Assembly: GCA_018052455.1 (NCBI GenBank)
Contig: JAGPNE010000004.1
Span: 52,882 to 116,881 of the forward strand
From: Candidatus Fermentithermobacillaceae bacterium
GTDB taxonomy: Bacteria; Bacillota; Sulfobacillia; Fermentithermobacillales; Fermentithermobacillaceae
Reading direction: 5' to 3'
DNA: 64,000 nucleotides
This document shows, piece after piece, positions 38,970 to 47,711 of the stretch. Position numbers and translations under genes: made by a program. Numbering within the stretch: position 1 is the stretch's first letter; each line of letters begins with the position of its first letter. The notes under the pieces are model-generated. The model saw nothing but the letters and a program-made list of their open reading frames with translations, was not told the origin of the DNA and made no database searches.

Positions 38970-39770
38970 CTATGCGTGTCCACTTTGTTCTTGCATACTA
39001 TGCCAAAGGCTATCGTAAAGATGAGGTTTGATCAGGAAACCCAAATTGGCACCTGCCTGCCAGGATCCATATATGCTCTTGCCACGATACAGACCTAGCG
39101 AAGGGAAGTCTCTGGGCTTTTCTAACCTAGGTTTTGGATGTTCACTGTAAGTATCATTAGGCATAAAGATGCTCTGCCCTTTGTATTCAACGTCGTAATA
39201 GGCCATCCCTTTTCTAGCCCTTATGGGTTCATAGACCGATAGACAATCCCTCGCGATCCAGTTCGCGATGACAAGTGGCTCAGATCCCGGGTTAACCGTG
39301 GCGTGCGCATAGTGTGGCGGGATCAGCAAAATATCGCCTTTTTCGAAATCGGCTACAATGAAATCTTCTATTTCGCCACTTACATGTCCGCCCTTCTGCA
39401 GAAGAAAATGGGCTTTTCCGTGCAGCACTTGGTACATTTCAGGGTATGTGTAAGAACTTCCAGGTACCAAAGGGTGGTAGTGCCCCACTGTCTTTACGTA
39501 TTCTGAGCCAATTCTACCTGGATATATTACTGTTATGTCGTACCTTAGTCCTGCATTCATCATAGCTATTCTATCTTTTTCCACGCCAGTACCCCTGTAC
39601 ATAAGGTAGAGGGTATCTGGTCCGCCTTGTTCTGAATAAAGAAGCACATCCACCGCATCCCGGCATTTTCGTGCCTCAGGAGACGGTGACAATGTACCTT
39701 CCCCGAATTCAAGGAGGCCGTCTTGATTAAGGGATACCTCAAATCCGGCAATTTCTGAAATGTCTATCAT
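38970..39770 (-). CDS. Cupin-type (archaeal-type) glucose-6-phosphate isomerase family protein
   Basis: LRYDITVI.PG..G.EYVKTVGHYH...PEMYQVLHGKA..LLQ, IPP.YAH...N. Confidence 0.8.
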   Translation of the reverse strand: MIDISEIAGFEVSLNQDGLLEFGEGTLSPSPEARKCRDAVDVLLYSEQGGPDTLYLMYRGTGVEKDRIAMMNAGLRYDITVIYPGRIGSEYVKTVGHYHPLVPGSSYTYPEMYQVLHGKAHFLLQKGGHVSGEIEDFIVADFEKGDILLIPPHYAHATVNPGSEPLVIANWIARDCLSVYEPIRARKGMAYYDVEYKGQSIFMPNDTYSEHPKPRLEKPRDFPSLGLYRGKSIYGSWQAGANLGFLIKPHLYDSLWHSMQEQSGHA

Positions 39771-39791
39771 TAATATCCTCCCACGAAAATC

Positions 39792-40349
39792 CTATTTTCT
39801 TGGACTAAGCGGTTTGCAGAGTATTTCTAGTACCTGTGTATCGAATATATTGTTTGAATGAGAGGGAAGAAGAACAAGGGCTGTGTCAGCCCCGCCGCTT
39901 GTCCCGCCAACTGAGATCACTGTTTCTCCATAGGGGATCATGCCTGCGTCTAGTGCCATAACCGCTACCTCTACAGCCACTTTTGTACCTTGGGAAAACA
40001 TGCGAAGTGCATGGGAGATGATCCCACCGGGATAAAGACCGCCAAATTTGTTGGTCACTGCCCTTTCTACGTTTCCGAACAGATGAGTAGTAGTAAGGAC
40101 CTTTACTCCTTGCGCTTCAAGGTTTTTCCTTTCGTCTTGGCTCATCTCGTTGGTTCCCGGTTCACGGAAACCAGACTGATGGGTTACGCAGGTGACACTT
40201 ATGTCTGCATTAGTAAAAAACCGTGCAGTGTAGCCTGTGTTCGAAGCGACAACTATGTTCTTTACGCCCAGTTCCTTGGCGCGTTTGAGCGCGATGGATG
40301 CCGTTTCCTGAGTGTTTGCGCGGCCAGGCTCCTCAAAGTAAACTGTCAT
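39792..40349 (-). CDS. Stand-alone pyruvate-kinase C-terminal-like domain protein
   Basis: YFEEPG.ANT, VVASNTG.TA, VTH..GF, FSQG.KVAVEVAVMALDAG, GG...GADTA. Confidence 0.75.
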   Translation of the reverse strand: MTVYFEEPGRANTQETASIALKRAKELGVKNIVVASNTGYTARFFTNADISVTCVTHQSGFREPGTNEMSQDERKNLEAQGVKVLTTTHLFGNVERAVTNKFGGLYPGGIISHALRMFSQGTKVAVEVAVMALDAGMIPYGETVISVGGTSGGADTALVLLPSHSNNIFDTQVLEILCKPLSPRK

Positions 40350-40545
40350 GTCAATCCGCCTCCTTACATTATTTGTTTGTGGCTAGTATTAATGATACAC
40401 AATTGGGCGAGTGAATGAAATGCAAACCCGACGTAATTCAAGGATGTAGCCTGTTTAGGGGCAATGTGTGACTTTCGGAACACTTCTTCAAAAAAGGGTT
40501 TATCCGCGCTTGTCTGAGTGTTATCCTATATGCAATGGAAAGGAT

Positions 40546-41370
40546 GTGTTCAGGTACTTGTTAGAGCAACTGAAGTTCTTCACTTGGCAAGACGCTATTT
40601 TGGCCATCGTAGACATTGCTTTGGTCGCGTATTTCTTCTACAAGATCTATACGCTTATTAGAGGTACGAGGGCCGTTCAGCTCCTTAAAGGTATTATTGT
40701 ACTGCTCCTTCTTGTTTCGCTAACCCAGTGGGCTAGGCTCTATACTGTCAACTGGCTTTTGGTCCAGATAAGAACAATGCTTCTTGTTGCGCTCCCAGTT
40801 GTGTTCCAGCCTGAGCTTCGGCGTGCGCTTGAACAGATTGGGCGTGGCAAGATATTCACACGTTCTTTCCTGAAGCCCGCGGGAGAATCAGTTGAGCGCA
40901 CGGTTGACGAGATAGTATCCGCTTGTTTTGATATGTCTTCAGACAGAATCGGAGCGCTCATTGTGCTTGAAAGACAGACCGGTCTTGAAGAATACATGGA
41001 AGATGCCGTTAGACTCGATGCGCTAGTCAGCAGTGAACTGCTAAAGAATGTATTCAATCCTGGCAGTCCGCTTCATGATGGCGCTTGCATAATAAGGGGA
41101 GACAGAATAGCCGCCGCGGCGACTTTTCTTCCTTATACTCAAGACCCTGTTGCAATAGAACTGGGCTCCAGGCACAGGGCTGCTATAGGTATCACCCAGG
41201 TGTCCGACGCAGTCTCGGTGGTGGTGTCTGAGGAGACCGGAATTGTGTCACTGGCTGAGGGCGGGAGGCTTATACGTGGATTGGACGCAAAAACCCTTAA
41301 GGACAAACTCATGGAAAGTCTTGATATGCAACGCATCTCTGGGATTTTCAGCCGGAGGGATGACAAATGA
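40546..41370 (+). CDS. cdaA: Diadenylate cyclase CdaA (DacA)
   Basis: 3 TM, VFQPELRRALEQIGR, GALIV.ER, SPLHDGA, LGSRHRAA, VSEETG. Confidence 0.95.
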   Translation: MFRYLLEQLKFFTWQDAILAIVDIALVAYFFYKIYTLIRGTRAVQLLKGIIVLLLLVSLTQWARLYTVNWLLVQIRTMLLVALPVVFQPELRRALEQIGRGKIFTRSFLKPAGESVERTVDEIVSACFDMSSDRIGALIVLERQTGLEEYMEDAVRLDALVSSELLKNVFNPGSPLHDGACIIRGDRIAAAATFLPYTQDPVAIELGSRHRAAIGITQVSDAVSVVVSEETGIVSLAEGGRLIRGLDAKTLKDKLMESLDMQRISGIFSRRDDK

Positions 41371-42581
41371 TCAAAGCGGCAATGTCTAAAGATCTCACCG
41401 CGAAAATCATTGCTATCATACTTGCGGTTGTTGTCTGGGCGCAGGTTTTCAACGACAAGAATCCCATTGAAAGGCGCACGCTTGTTCTAGATGTAGTTCC
41501 TGCAATGGTTGAAGATGGAATGATGATTGTCTCGACCAAACCTGACAAGGTGACGGTTACGCTAGAGGGGCGGGCGAGAACTCTGGATGAACTTGACGAG
41601 AAGAAGTTGAAGGTTGAGGTTGATCTTTCTTCGGTTGAGCCAGGTTCTTTTTCTGCAAATCCCCATGTTGATGTGCCGTACGGCGTCAAGGTGGTCGAGA
41701 TAAACCCGGGAACGGTTACTTTTGAACTCGATGTCATGAGTTCTGCCGAAGTGGGTGTTGTCGTAGAAGTGCAGGGTAGTCCTGGTGAAGACTACGAAAA
41801 GGGGATACCAATGCCTTCGGTAGGTACTGTGACTGTAAAAGGAGCCAAGAGGTTTGTTGATAAAGTAAATCATGCCTGCGCTAGGGTAGATATAACTGGA
41901 GCGACGGGCGAAGTTACCGCAACTGCTAAGCTTGTAGCAGTAGATGCGGTAGGAAGTGAACTCTCTGGAATACAGATCGAGCCTGCGGAAATAGAGGTTG
42001 TAGTGCCTTTGCAGAAGCTACCTCCTGCCAAAATTGTACCTGTCCAGGTTGTTGTGAGCGGGACTCCGAAAGACGGGTATACGGTTGGACCCATTGTGGC
42101 CAATCCCCAGCAAGTCAAGATTCGCGGAGACAAAGGCGTTATTGATACCATAAACTGGATAGGCACTAAGCCTGTGGATGTATCAGGAAAGGACGGTGTG
42201 TTCCAGAGCACGGTTGCGCTTAGCCTTCCTGCGGGAGTCACGTGTCAGACGCAGCAAGTAGTGGTTAAGATAGATATAATCGAGGAAATCGAAACTCGTA
42301 CGCTTGAAGATGTCATAGTGCAATTGGAGTCGCCGCCTGTAGGGTACACCTGGAGCATAGAGCCTGCTACAGTGAGCGTGGTCCTTACTGGCAGGAGCGA
42401 TCTCGTTCGCAAGGTGCAGGGCGAGAATGTAACGGTCTATATAGACGCCCAGGGAAGAAGTGAGGGCACCCACGACCTCGTAGTGGCGTACAAGATCCAG
42501 GCTCCTGAAGGAGTTACAGTGGATAACCTCCAGGTAGACATAAAACCGCCGAAAGTCAAGTTGACTTTGACCAAAAGATAG
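41367..42581 (+). CDS. cdaR: CdaR (YbbR-repeat) regulator
   Basis: N-terminal TM plus four YbbR-like repeats (P..V.V.., VD.SG); between cdaA and glmM. Confidence 0.9.
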   Translation: MIKAAMSKDLTAKIIAIILAVVVWAQVFNDKNPIERRTLVLDVVPAMVEDGMMIVSTKPDKVTVTLEGRARTLDELDEKKLKVEVDLSSVEPGSFSANPHVDVPYGVKVVEINPGTVTFELDVMSSAEVGVVVEVQGSPGEDYEKGIPMPSVGTVTVKGAKRFVDKVNHACARVDITGATGEVTATAKLVAVDAVGSELSGIQIEPAEIEVVVPLQKLPPAKIVPVQVVVSGTPKDGYTVGPIVANPQQVKIRGDKGVIDTINWIGTKPVDVSGKDGVFQSTVALSLPAGVTCQTQQVVVKIDIIEEIETRTLEDVIVQLESPPVGYTWSIEPATVSVVLTGRSDLVRKVQGENVTVYIDAQGRSEGTHDLVVAYKIQAPEGVTVDNLQVDIKPPKVKLTLTKR

Positions 42582-42620
42582 TCTTGGTACTTGCCATCAC
42601 TGAATGACGGAGGTCTTATC

Positions 42621-43952
42621 ATGAACCTATTTGGAACTGATGGCATTCGCGGTATTGCCAATCAGGACTTGAGCTGTGAAAAAGCATTTAGGCTGGGTAG
42701 GGCAGTCGGCTTGCTTTTGCCGTCTGATAAGCCTATCGGCGTTGGTAAAGATACTAGAGTTTCTAGCGACATGTTAGAAGCTGCCTTGACAGCCGGAATT
42801 GCTTCAACCGGAAGAAATGTGGTCGAATTAGGCGTCATCACTACGCCAGGTCTTTCATACATCATTAAGCACTTTGACCTGGGCGGAGGCGTGATGATTT
42901 CCGCGTCCCACAACTCGTTCGAGTACAATGGCCTGAAGGTGTTCGGCGCGGATGGGACCAAGATTCCTGATGAAACCGAGATGCTTTACTCCGAAAGGAT
43001 CATGAGCCCAGAAGATGAAGGCCCATGGCCTACTGGGGAAAAAATAGGCAGAGTTATACGCGGTAACCATCTGGTGCGTTCTTATAGTGATTTCTTGAAG
43101 TCCCTGCCTGGGGTAGATTTGTCGGATCTCCGAATCCTTGTTGATACCGCAAATGGTTCGACGTCTGCGATTGCTCGCGATGTGTGGCGGTCCCTCTGCC
43201 CAAATGCTGATTTTATGAACTTTTCCCCTGACGGATTCAATATAAACCTGGAATGCGGATCCACACACCCTGGTTCATTGGCATCACATGTAATAGAAGG
43301 TGGCTATGATGCTGGGTTTGCTTACGACGGTGACGGCGATAGATGTATTGCCGTAGATGAGCAGGGCAATGTGATAAATGGCGATAAGTTGATGGGCGTA
43401 ATAGGCCTTTACATGGCTCAGAGCGGTCGTTTGGCGCATAACACGGTTGTAGGTACAGTCATGTCCAACTATGGTCTGGAGCGATGTCTTTCTTCCTACG
43501 GTATCAGGTTGGTTAGAACACAAGTGGGTGACAGGTTTGTCCTCGAAGAAATGCTTCGAGGAGGCTATAGCCTAGGCGGCGAACAGTCAGGCCACATAAT
43601 CGTGGCAGACATCCTACATGCTGGAGACGGCATTGTCACCTCACTTTGTATCGGTGAGATTTTGGCTAGCACGGAGTCTACCTTTTCGGAACTTGCTTCA
43701 GTTGTCAGGGAAATTCCCCAAGTGCTGGTAAACGTGAGGGCCCCGTTTCCGGGTCATATAGTTAATCTTCCGAGAGTGCGAGAAGCTGTCGAAAAAGTAG
43801 GCAACGAATTGTCAGGGGTAGGGCGGGTGCTTGTAAGGGCTTCTGGAACAGAACCGGTCGTGAGGATCATGGTAGAATCTGAAGATGCCAAAATTGTTGA
43901 CGAGTGTGTGGACTACCTCAAGAGAATCCTTGAAGAGGAGATCAACCCTTAA
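42621..43952 (+). CDS. glmM: Phosphoglucosamine mutase
   Basis: LFGTDGIRG, ISASHN phosphoserine loop, DGDGDR, GGEQSGH, VRASGTEP. Confidence 0.95.
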   Translation: MNLFGTDGIRGIANQDLSCEKAFRLGRAVGLLLPSDKPIGVGKDTRVSSDMLEAALTAGIASTGRNVVELGVITTPGLSYIIKHFDLGGGVMISASHNSFEYNGLKVFGADGTKIPDETEMLYSERIMSPEDEGPWPTGEKIGRVIRGNHLVRSYSDFLKSLPGVDLSDLRILVDTANGSTSAIARDVWRSLCPNADFMNFSPDGFNINLECGSTHPGSLASHVIEGGYDAGFAYDGDGDRCIAVDEQGNVINGDKLMGVIGLYMAQSGRLAHNTVVGTVMSNYGLERCLSSYGIRLVRTQVGDRFVLEEMLRGGYSLGGEQSGHIIVADILHAGDGIVTSLCIGEILASTESTFSELASVVREIPQVLVNVRAPFPGHIVNLPRVREAVEKVGNELSGVGRVLVRASGTEPVVRIMVESEDAKIVDECVDYLKRILEEEINP

Positions 43953-44087
43953 GGCGTCATACTTCAAGAGAGCAAGAAAAAAGAGGGGGAACTCGAGCCA
44001 CATTCCCATAGGGGAACATTTGAAATGTGGCTAATGGCGGGGCATGCATCGACAGACAGTGGCAAATCACTGCCTGCCGATTGCCTT

Positions 44088-45189
44088 TTATGCGACTTCC
44101 TGTGGCGTAGGCGCTTGCTCTGTGGCAGCGTCTGTCTCCGCAAAGTTATCCAACAGACCGATGTCACGGTAATAAATACCGATGGCCTGCGATGCTGTGC
44201 GGGAGTACCGCTCTTCACGCTCGCCCACTTCCACACGCTCGATAAATAAGTTTAGAATCTCAGCAGTCAGGGTATCGAGCTTGGTGTATTGCTTCGCTTT
44301 CTCTAAAAACGCACTCACATTGGGGATTTTGCCAAGGACGTTATCTTCATAGAGCCTTTTGAATAAGGCGGTCAGTTCGGTGTCCCTGCGCTTTAGCCCC
44401 TCCAGCTCTCGCTCTGTCTGAGTGATCTCCCTGCGGATTTCCGCACCGTTCTTTTGGGTGATGTGCTTTGCGAATGCGACCTGATTTTGCCGTGCAAAGG
44501 GGGTAACCCTGCGTAAATCATCCAGCAGAATTTCAGCGAGCTGATTTTCCCCAACTTGATGGGCGGTGCAGTGTTCCTTGCCCTTTTTCTTGTAAGTAGA
44601 GCACATAAAGTTGTTTTCTACGGCATCCGTGGTATGGGCTCGGCGCAACACCATGGTGCCGCGCAGTCCTTACAGTAGATAAGCCCAGAGAAGATATTCT
44701 GCTCCGCCATGTTGGCTCTGCGCCGCTTACGGCCACGAATGTCCTGCACAATCTCCCAAGTAGCCTTGTCGATGATAGTTTGATAAGTGTTTTCGAACCG
44801 CAGCTGCTCCGACTCGGGGCGAGTGACCTTCTTCTTGTTCTTGTAAGACAGTGTGGTGGATTTCAGGTTTTTTCTCCTGAGAATGGTTTGTCAGCCCAAC
44901 TCCATACTTCTCAAAATAGAAGTGCGATGAACCGAATATCGTAGATGGGAAACACAATTTCGGTCAGCCTGCCAACCTCTAAATACTCTCTGCCAAGCCT
45001 GCTCATATCCTTCACGATGAGAGCTGCTACCTCACCGTTTTCCATGAGCGCCATGAGCTCCGTCCACGCCGGCCGCTGAAAATTGGTACCCGAAAAGCCA
45101 TCGTCATAGAGGAACTTCAGATTTTCAAACCCATTGTCTTTTGCGTATTTGTCAAGGGCATTTTTTGCATAACATAACATCTGCCACAA
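44088..45189 (-). pseudogene. Large serine recombinase (TnpX-like) remnant
   Basis: Resolvase part YDDGFSGTNFQRP..IVKDMSRLGR, recombinase part NLKSTTLSYKNKK..IIDKATWEIVQ, IYCKDC frameshifted near 44660, coiled coil shortened at GKIP/NVSAF. Confidence 0.85.
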
Positions 45190-45576
45190 GATTCCCTGCT
45201 ATCGACAATGATCGGCACTTATGCTATTTTTGATTCAAAGAGACGCTGGGACGCTTGACCGATGCCTTGGCAAAGGGAAAGCGCTCTTTTTTTCAATTCC
45301 TTCAAGGTAAGGTAAGAGTAATGCCAATAGCGAAGAATTATTTAAGAAGGGTTAAGCCCCATAGTACATTTTGTTACCTATGTGGCTTAACGCTGGTACG
45401 GGAATAAGCTTATGGCCGCCTTACTGTTATATCTGGCAAAGCCAACAGAAGCTAAGAACTTGCTCGTCCATCTGGCCGAGTAGGAAGTCGGCGTGCAACA
45501 CTCATTGGAACCATGCGAATCAAACGGGAATTGAACAATTATCTTAAGTAAGCAGTCAGTAGTCTAAGTTATCGCC

Positions 45577-46953
45577 TCAGGACATAGTGCCTTTTCGAAA
45601 TTTTGCCGCAAGTTCGGTTCTGTTAACGCACTCTGTCTTACGCAGCGCGTTTCTGACGTGAAATTTTACCGTGCTTTCGGACACATACAAATCAGCCGCA
45701 ATTTCGGAATTTGACCGGCCGCTGACAATAAGCTCAAACACTTCGGCTTCTCTTGAGGTCATCTCATACTTTTCCTCAAATAAATGCAACAGATCTTCGA
45801 TGGATATGTTCTGCACTGGCATGGTGGAATAAGTTTTGTTGTAAAACCGGAAGAATATAAGGAAAGTTGCTATAAGCAGTCCTGCCGCAATCCAGACAGA
45901 TGTCATCTGGACATTTGATGTAATAATCCCGATTAGAAAACCCAGCGCATCACCAATACGCCCAAACATTAACCCGAATCCCGCTATGAATAACAGCCCG
46001 TCTTTTTTTCTGGAGAGATCGGAAAAAGTAACCACCCGATAAACGGAAAAGAAGCCAAAGAAAACATATCCTGCTATCCAGAGCACTGCGCCGGTATTCG
46101 GTTCTCCTCTGAGGGCAAAGGTTAAGAACGGGAAGACCAAAGCACACAAGCAACAAATTGCTCCATGCTTTCGGCTTTTATCATTAATGATTCCTGCCGC
46201 GATCAATCCTATGGCATAAAAAGCACGAACCGACTCCGCGCTTACGACCCCAGCGGTCGCATCAATGCTTGGGAAATAGAAGCCTAGTCCTTTTACAACG
46301 GAAAGCAGAACAACGAGACCGGCTGCCAATGGCACGGATAGCCTATCGAAATAAAGCGGCTCCGCAGATTCTGCGTCGTTATCAGCTGCCACGACCGGCA
46401 TACGGTCAACAAGAATGATTGCGAGAATCATCAAAGCGTATATTACAAAAACATAAGGGCTTCCGAGATATTTTCCGTCCATGAAAAGCGACAATAACCA
46501 CGATCCTATGCTCCCAAAGGCATATGCAGCACCGAACACGATGCCTCTCTTCTGCTGCGGCACTGTTTGGGTAAGACGGATCAGGTAGTAGCCGCCGATT
46601 GCTCCGTGCAAAAGGTTCATGAGCAGTCCGGCAAACAGGACGCTGTACGCCCCGGGTACAAAGTAAGCAACAGCAGTTGCCGCGCCATCGGCCAAAACAA
46701 GAAAAAGAAAGCTACGGTGGGAAAGCACCTTCTCATTTTTCTTGACGGAGAGTGAAAAGAGCAAAATACCGGCAGCCTGAAATAAGTATCCAACTACCTC
46801 AGACCAAATATCTGCCCCGGCAGTTCCAAAATGCGGAGTCAGCCGATAAAGCCACCATGTGATATATTCAGATCCTGTCAATAAAAAACACAGGCCAATC
46901 AGTGAACAGATTGCCAATGCAGCGTTTTTACGTTTGATAAATAACACCTCCAA
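45577..46953 (-). CDS. LuxR-family HTH regulator fused to an MFS-like multi-TM domain
   Basis: About 11-12 hydrophobic segments followed by MTSREAEVFELIVSGRSNSEIAADLYVSESTVKFHVRN. Confidence 0.88.
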   Translation of the reverse strand: MEVLFIKRKNAALAICSLIGLCFLLTGSEYITWWLYRLTPHFGTAGADIWSEVVGYLFQAAGILLFSLSVKKNEKVLSHRSFLFLVLADGAATAVAYFVPGAYSVLFAGLLMNLLHGAIGGYYLIRLTQTVPQQKRGIVFGAAYAFGSIGSWLLSLFMDGKYLGSPYVFVIYALMILAIILVDRMPVVAADNDAESAEPLYFDRLSVPLAAGLVVLLSVVKGLGFYFPSIDATAGVVSAESVRAFYAIGLIAAGIINDKSRKHGAICCLCALVFPFLTFALRGEPNTGAVLWIAGYVFFGFFSVYRVVTFSDLSRKKDGLLFIAGFGLMFGRIGDALGFLIGIITSNVQMTSVWIAAGLLIATFLIFFRFYNKTYSTMPVQNISIEDLLHLFEEKYEMTSREAEVFELIVSGRSNSEIAADLYVSESTVKFHVRNALRKTECVNRTELAAKFRKGTMS

Positions 46954-46973
46954 ACAGCCTCCACGGTCATTCC

Positions 46974-47186
46974 TTAATCTTCAGTAATCTCCATAATATC
47001 GGGAAAGTCACAGTTCAGAGCCTTGCAGATTTTCAGAAGAACATCGGTCGTTACATTTTCGCTTCTCCCAAGTTTTGCAACGGAGGCATGGCTGATTTCC
47101 GCCATCAGACAGAGGTCTTTCTTCTTGATATCTCTATCAATCAACAATTTCCAGAGTCGTTTATAGCTAATTGTCAACGCTCTCAC
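46974..47186 (-). CDS. XRE/Cro-C1 family small HTH regulator
   Basis: ISYKRLWKLLIDRDIKKKDL...AKLGR.ENV.TDVLLKIC.AL.C...DIME. Confidence 0.85.
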   Translation of the reverse strand: MRALTISYKRLWKLLIDRDIKKKDLCLMAEISHASVAKLGRSENVTTDVLLKICKALNCDFPDIMEITED

Positions 47187-47286
47187 CTCACAGCTTCATA
47201 TATCGATATTACACAGCATACAATCAGCTATTGCAACAGAATGTATGCGATAGCTGAAAAAATGAGCCAATAGCGGCTTAGGAATA

Positions 47287-47306
47287 AAACCTAACTCAAA
47301 CCTAAC
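47287..47306 (+). promoter_or_regulatory. Direct repeat AAACCTAAC x2 (11-bp period), putative activator site
   Basis: Copies at 47287 and 47298, upstream of the operon starting at 47403. Confidence 0.45.
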
Positions 47307-47402
47307 CCTCCTATTCCGCAATACTGACCCAATCCTTATCTGTTCATTATCGGTTTTCACAGTAGAACTAGAGTAGATACTGTATGAGCAGGAGGTGTTT
47401 TC

Positions 47403-47711
47403 ATGAGTGAATACACGAGGGAGTATCCGTATGAAAAAACGATGGTGCTCAACGCGGTTTACGATGCGGTAGACACGATGAATTTCCTTATTGATAAAGC
47501 GAACAGCATGCGCGGTACGCTTATAATTTCCTCTGCGTCCTTTCCGCGAATTGGAGGGCGCGTTGCTATATCGCCTGATGATACGACAGGCCACACTCGG
47601 GTAGAGATATTTCCGAAATGCGAGGACGCACCACTGCTTGGATGGCCTTGCGCACTTCTCGATGAAGCAGAAGCCCTGTTAAGACAAGCGGGACTGGAGG
47701 AAGATCTATGA
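47403..47711 (+). CDS. Hypothetical protein (102 aa), first gene of the exported-protein operon
   Basis: Strong RBS GGAGGTG; stop overlaps the next start. Confidence 0.75.
   Translation: MSEYTREYPYEKTMVLNAVYDAVDTMNFLIDKANSMRGTLIISSASFPRIGGRVAISPDDTTGHTRVEIFPKCEDAPLLGWPCALLDEAEALLRQAGLEEDL

Noticed and set aside
44014-44023. GAACATTTGA identical to the uvrB LexA-box-like sequence
   Set aside because: Right half-site poor, no promoter or gene start nearby; a 10-mer match is expected by chance in 64 kb
43953-44090. glmS ribozyme after glmM
   Set aside because: Conserved AGCGCC...GACGAGG core not found
45351-45391. Bulged hairpin gttaagcc...ggcttaac
   Set aside because: Could be a weak terminator for the LuxR gene, but there is no clear U-tract, so too little support to call
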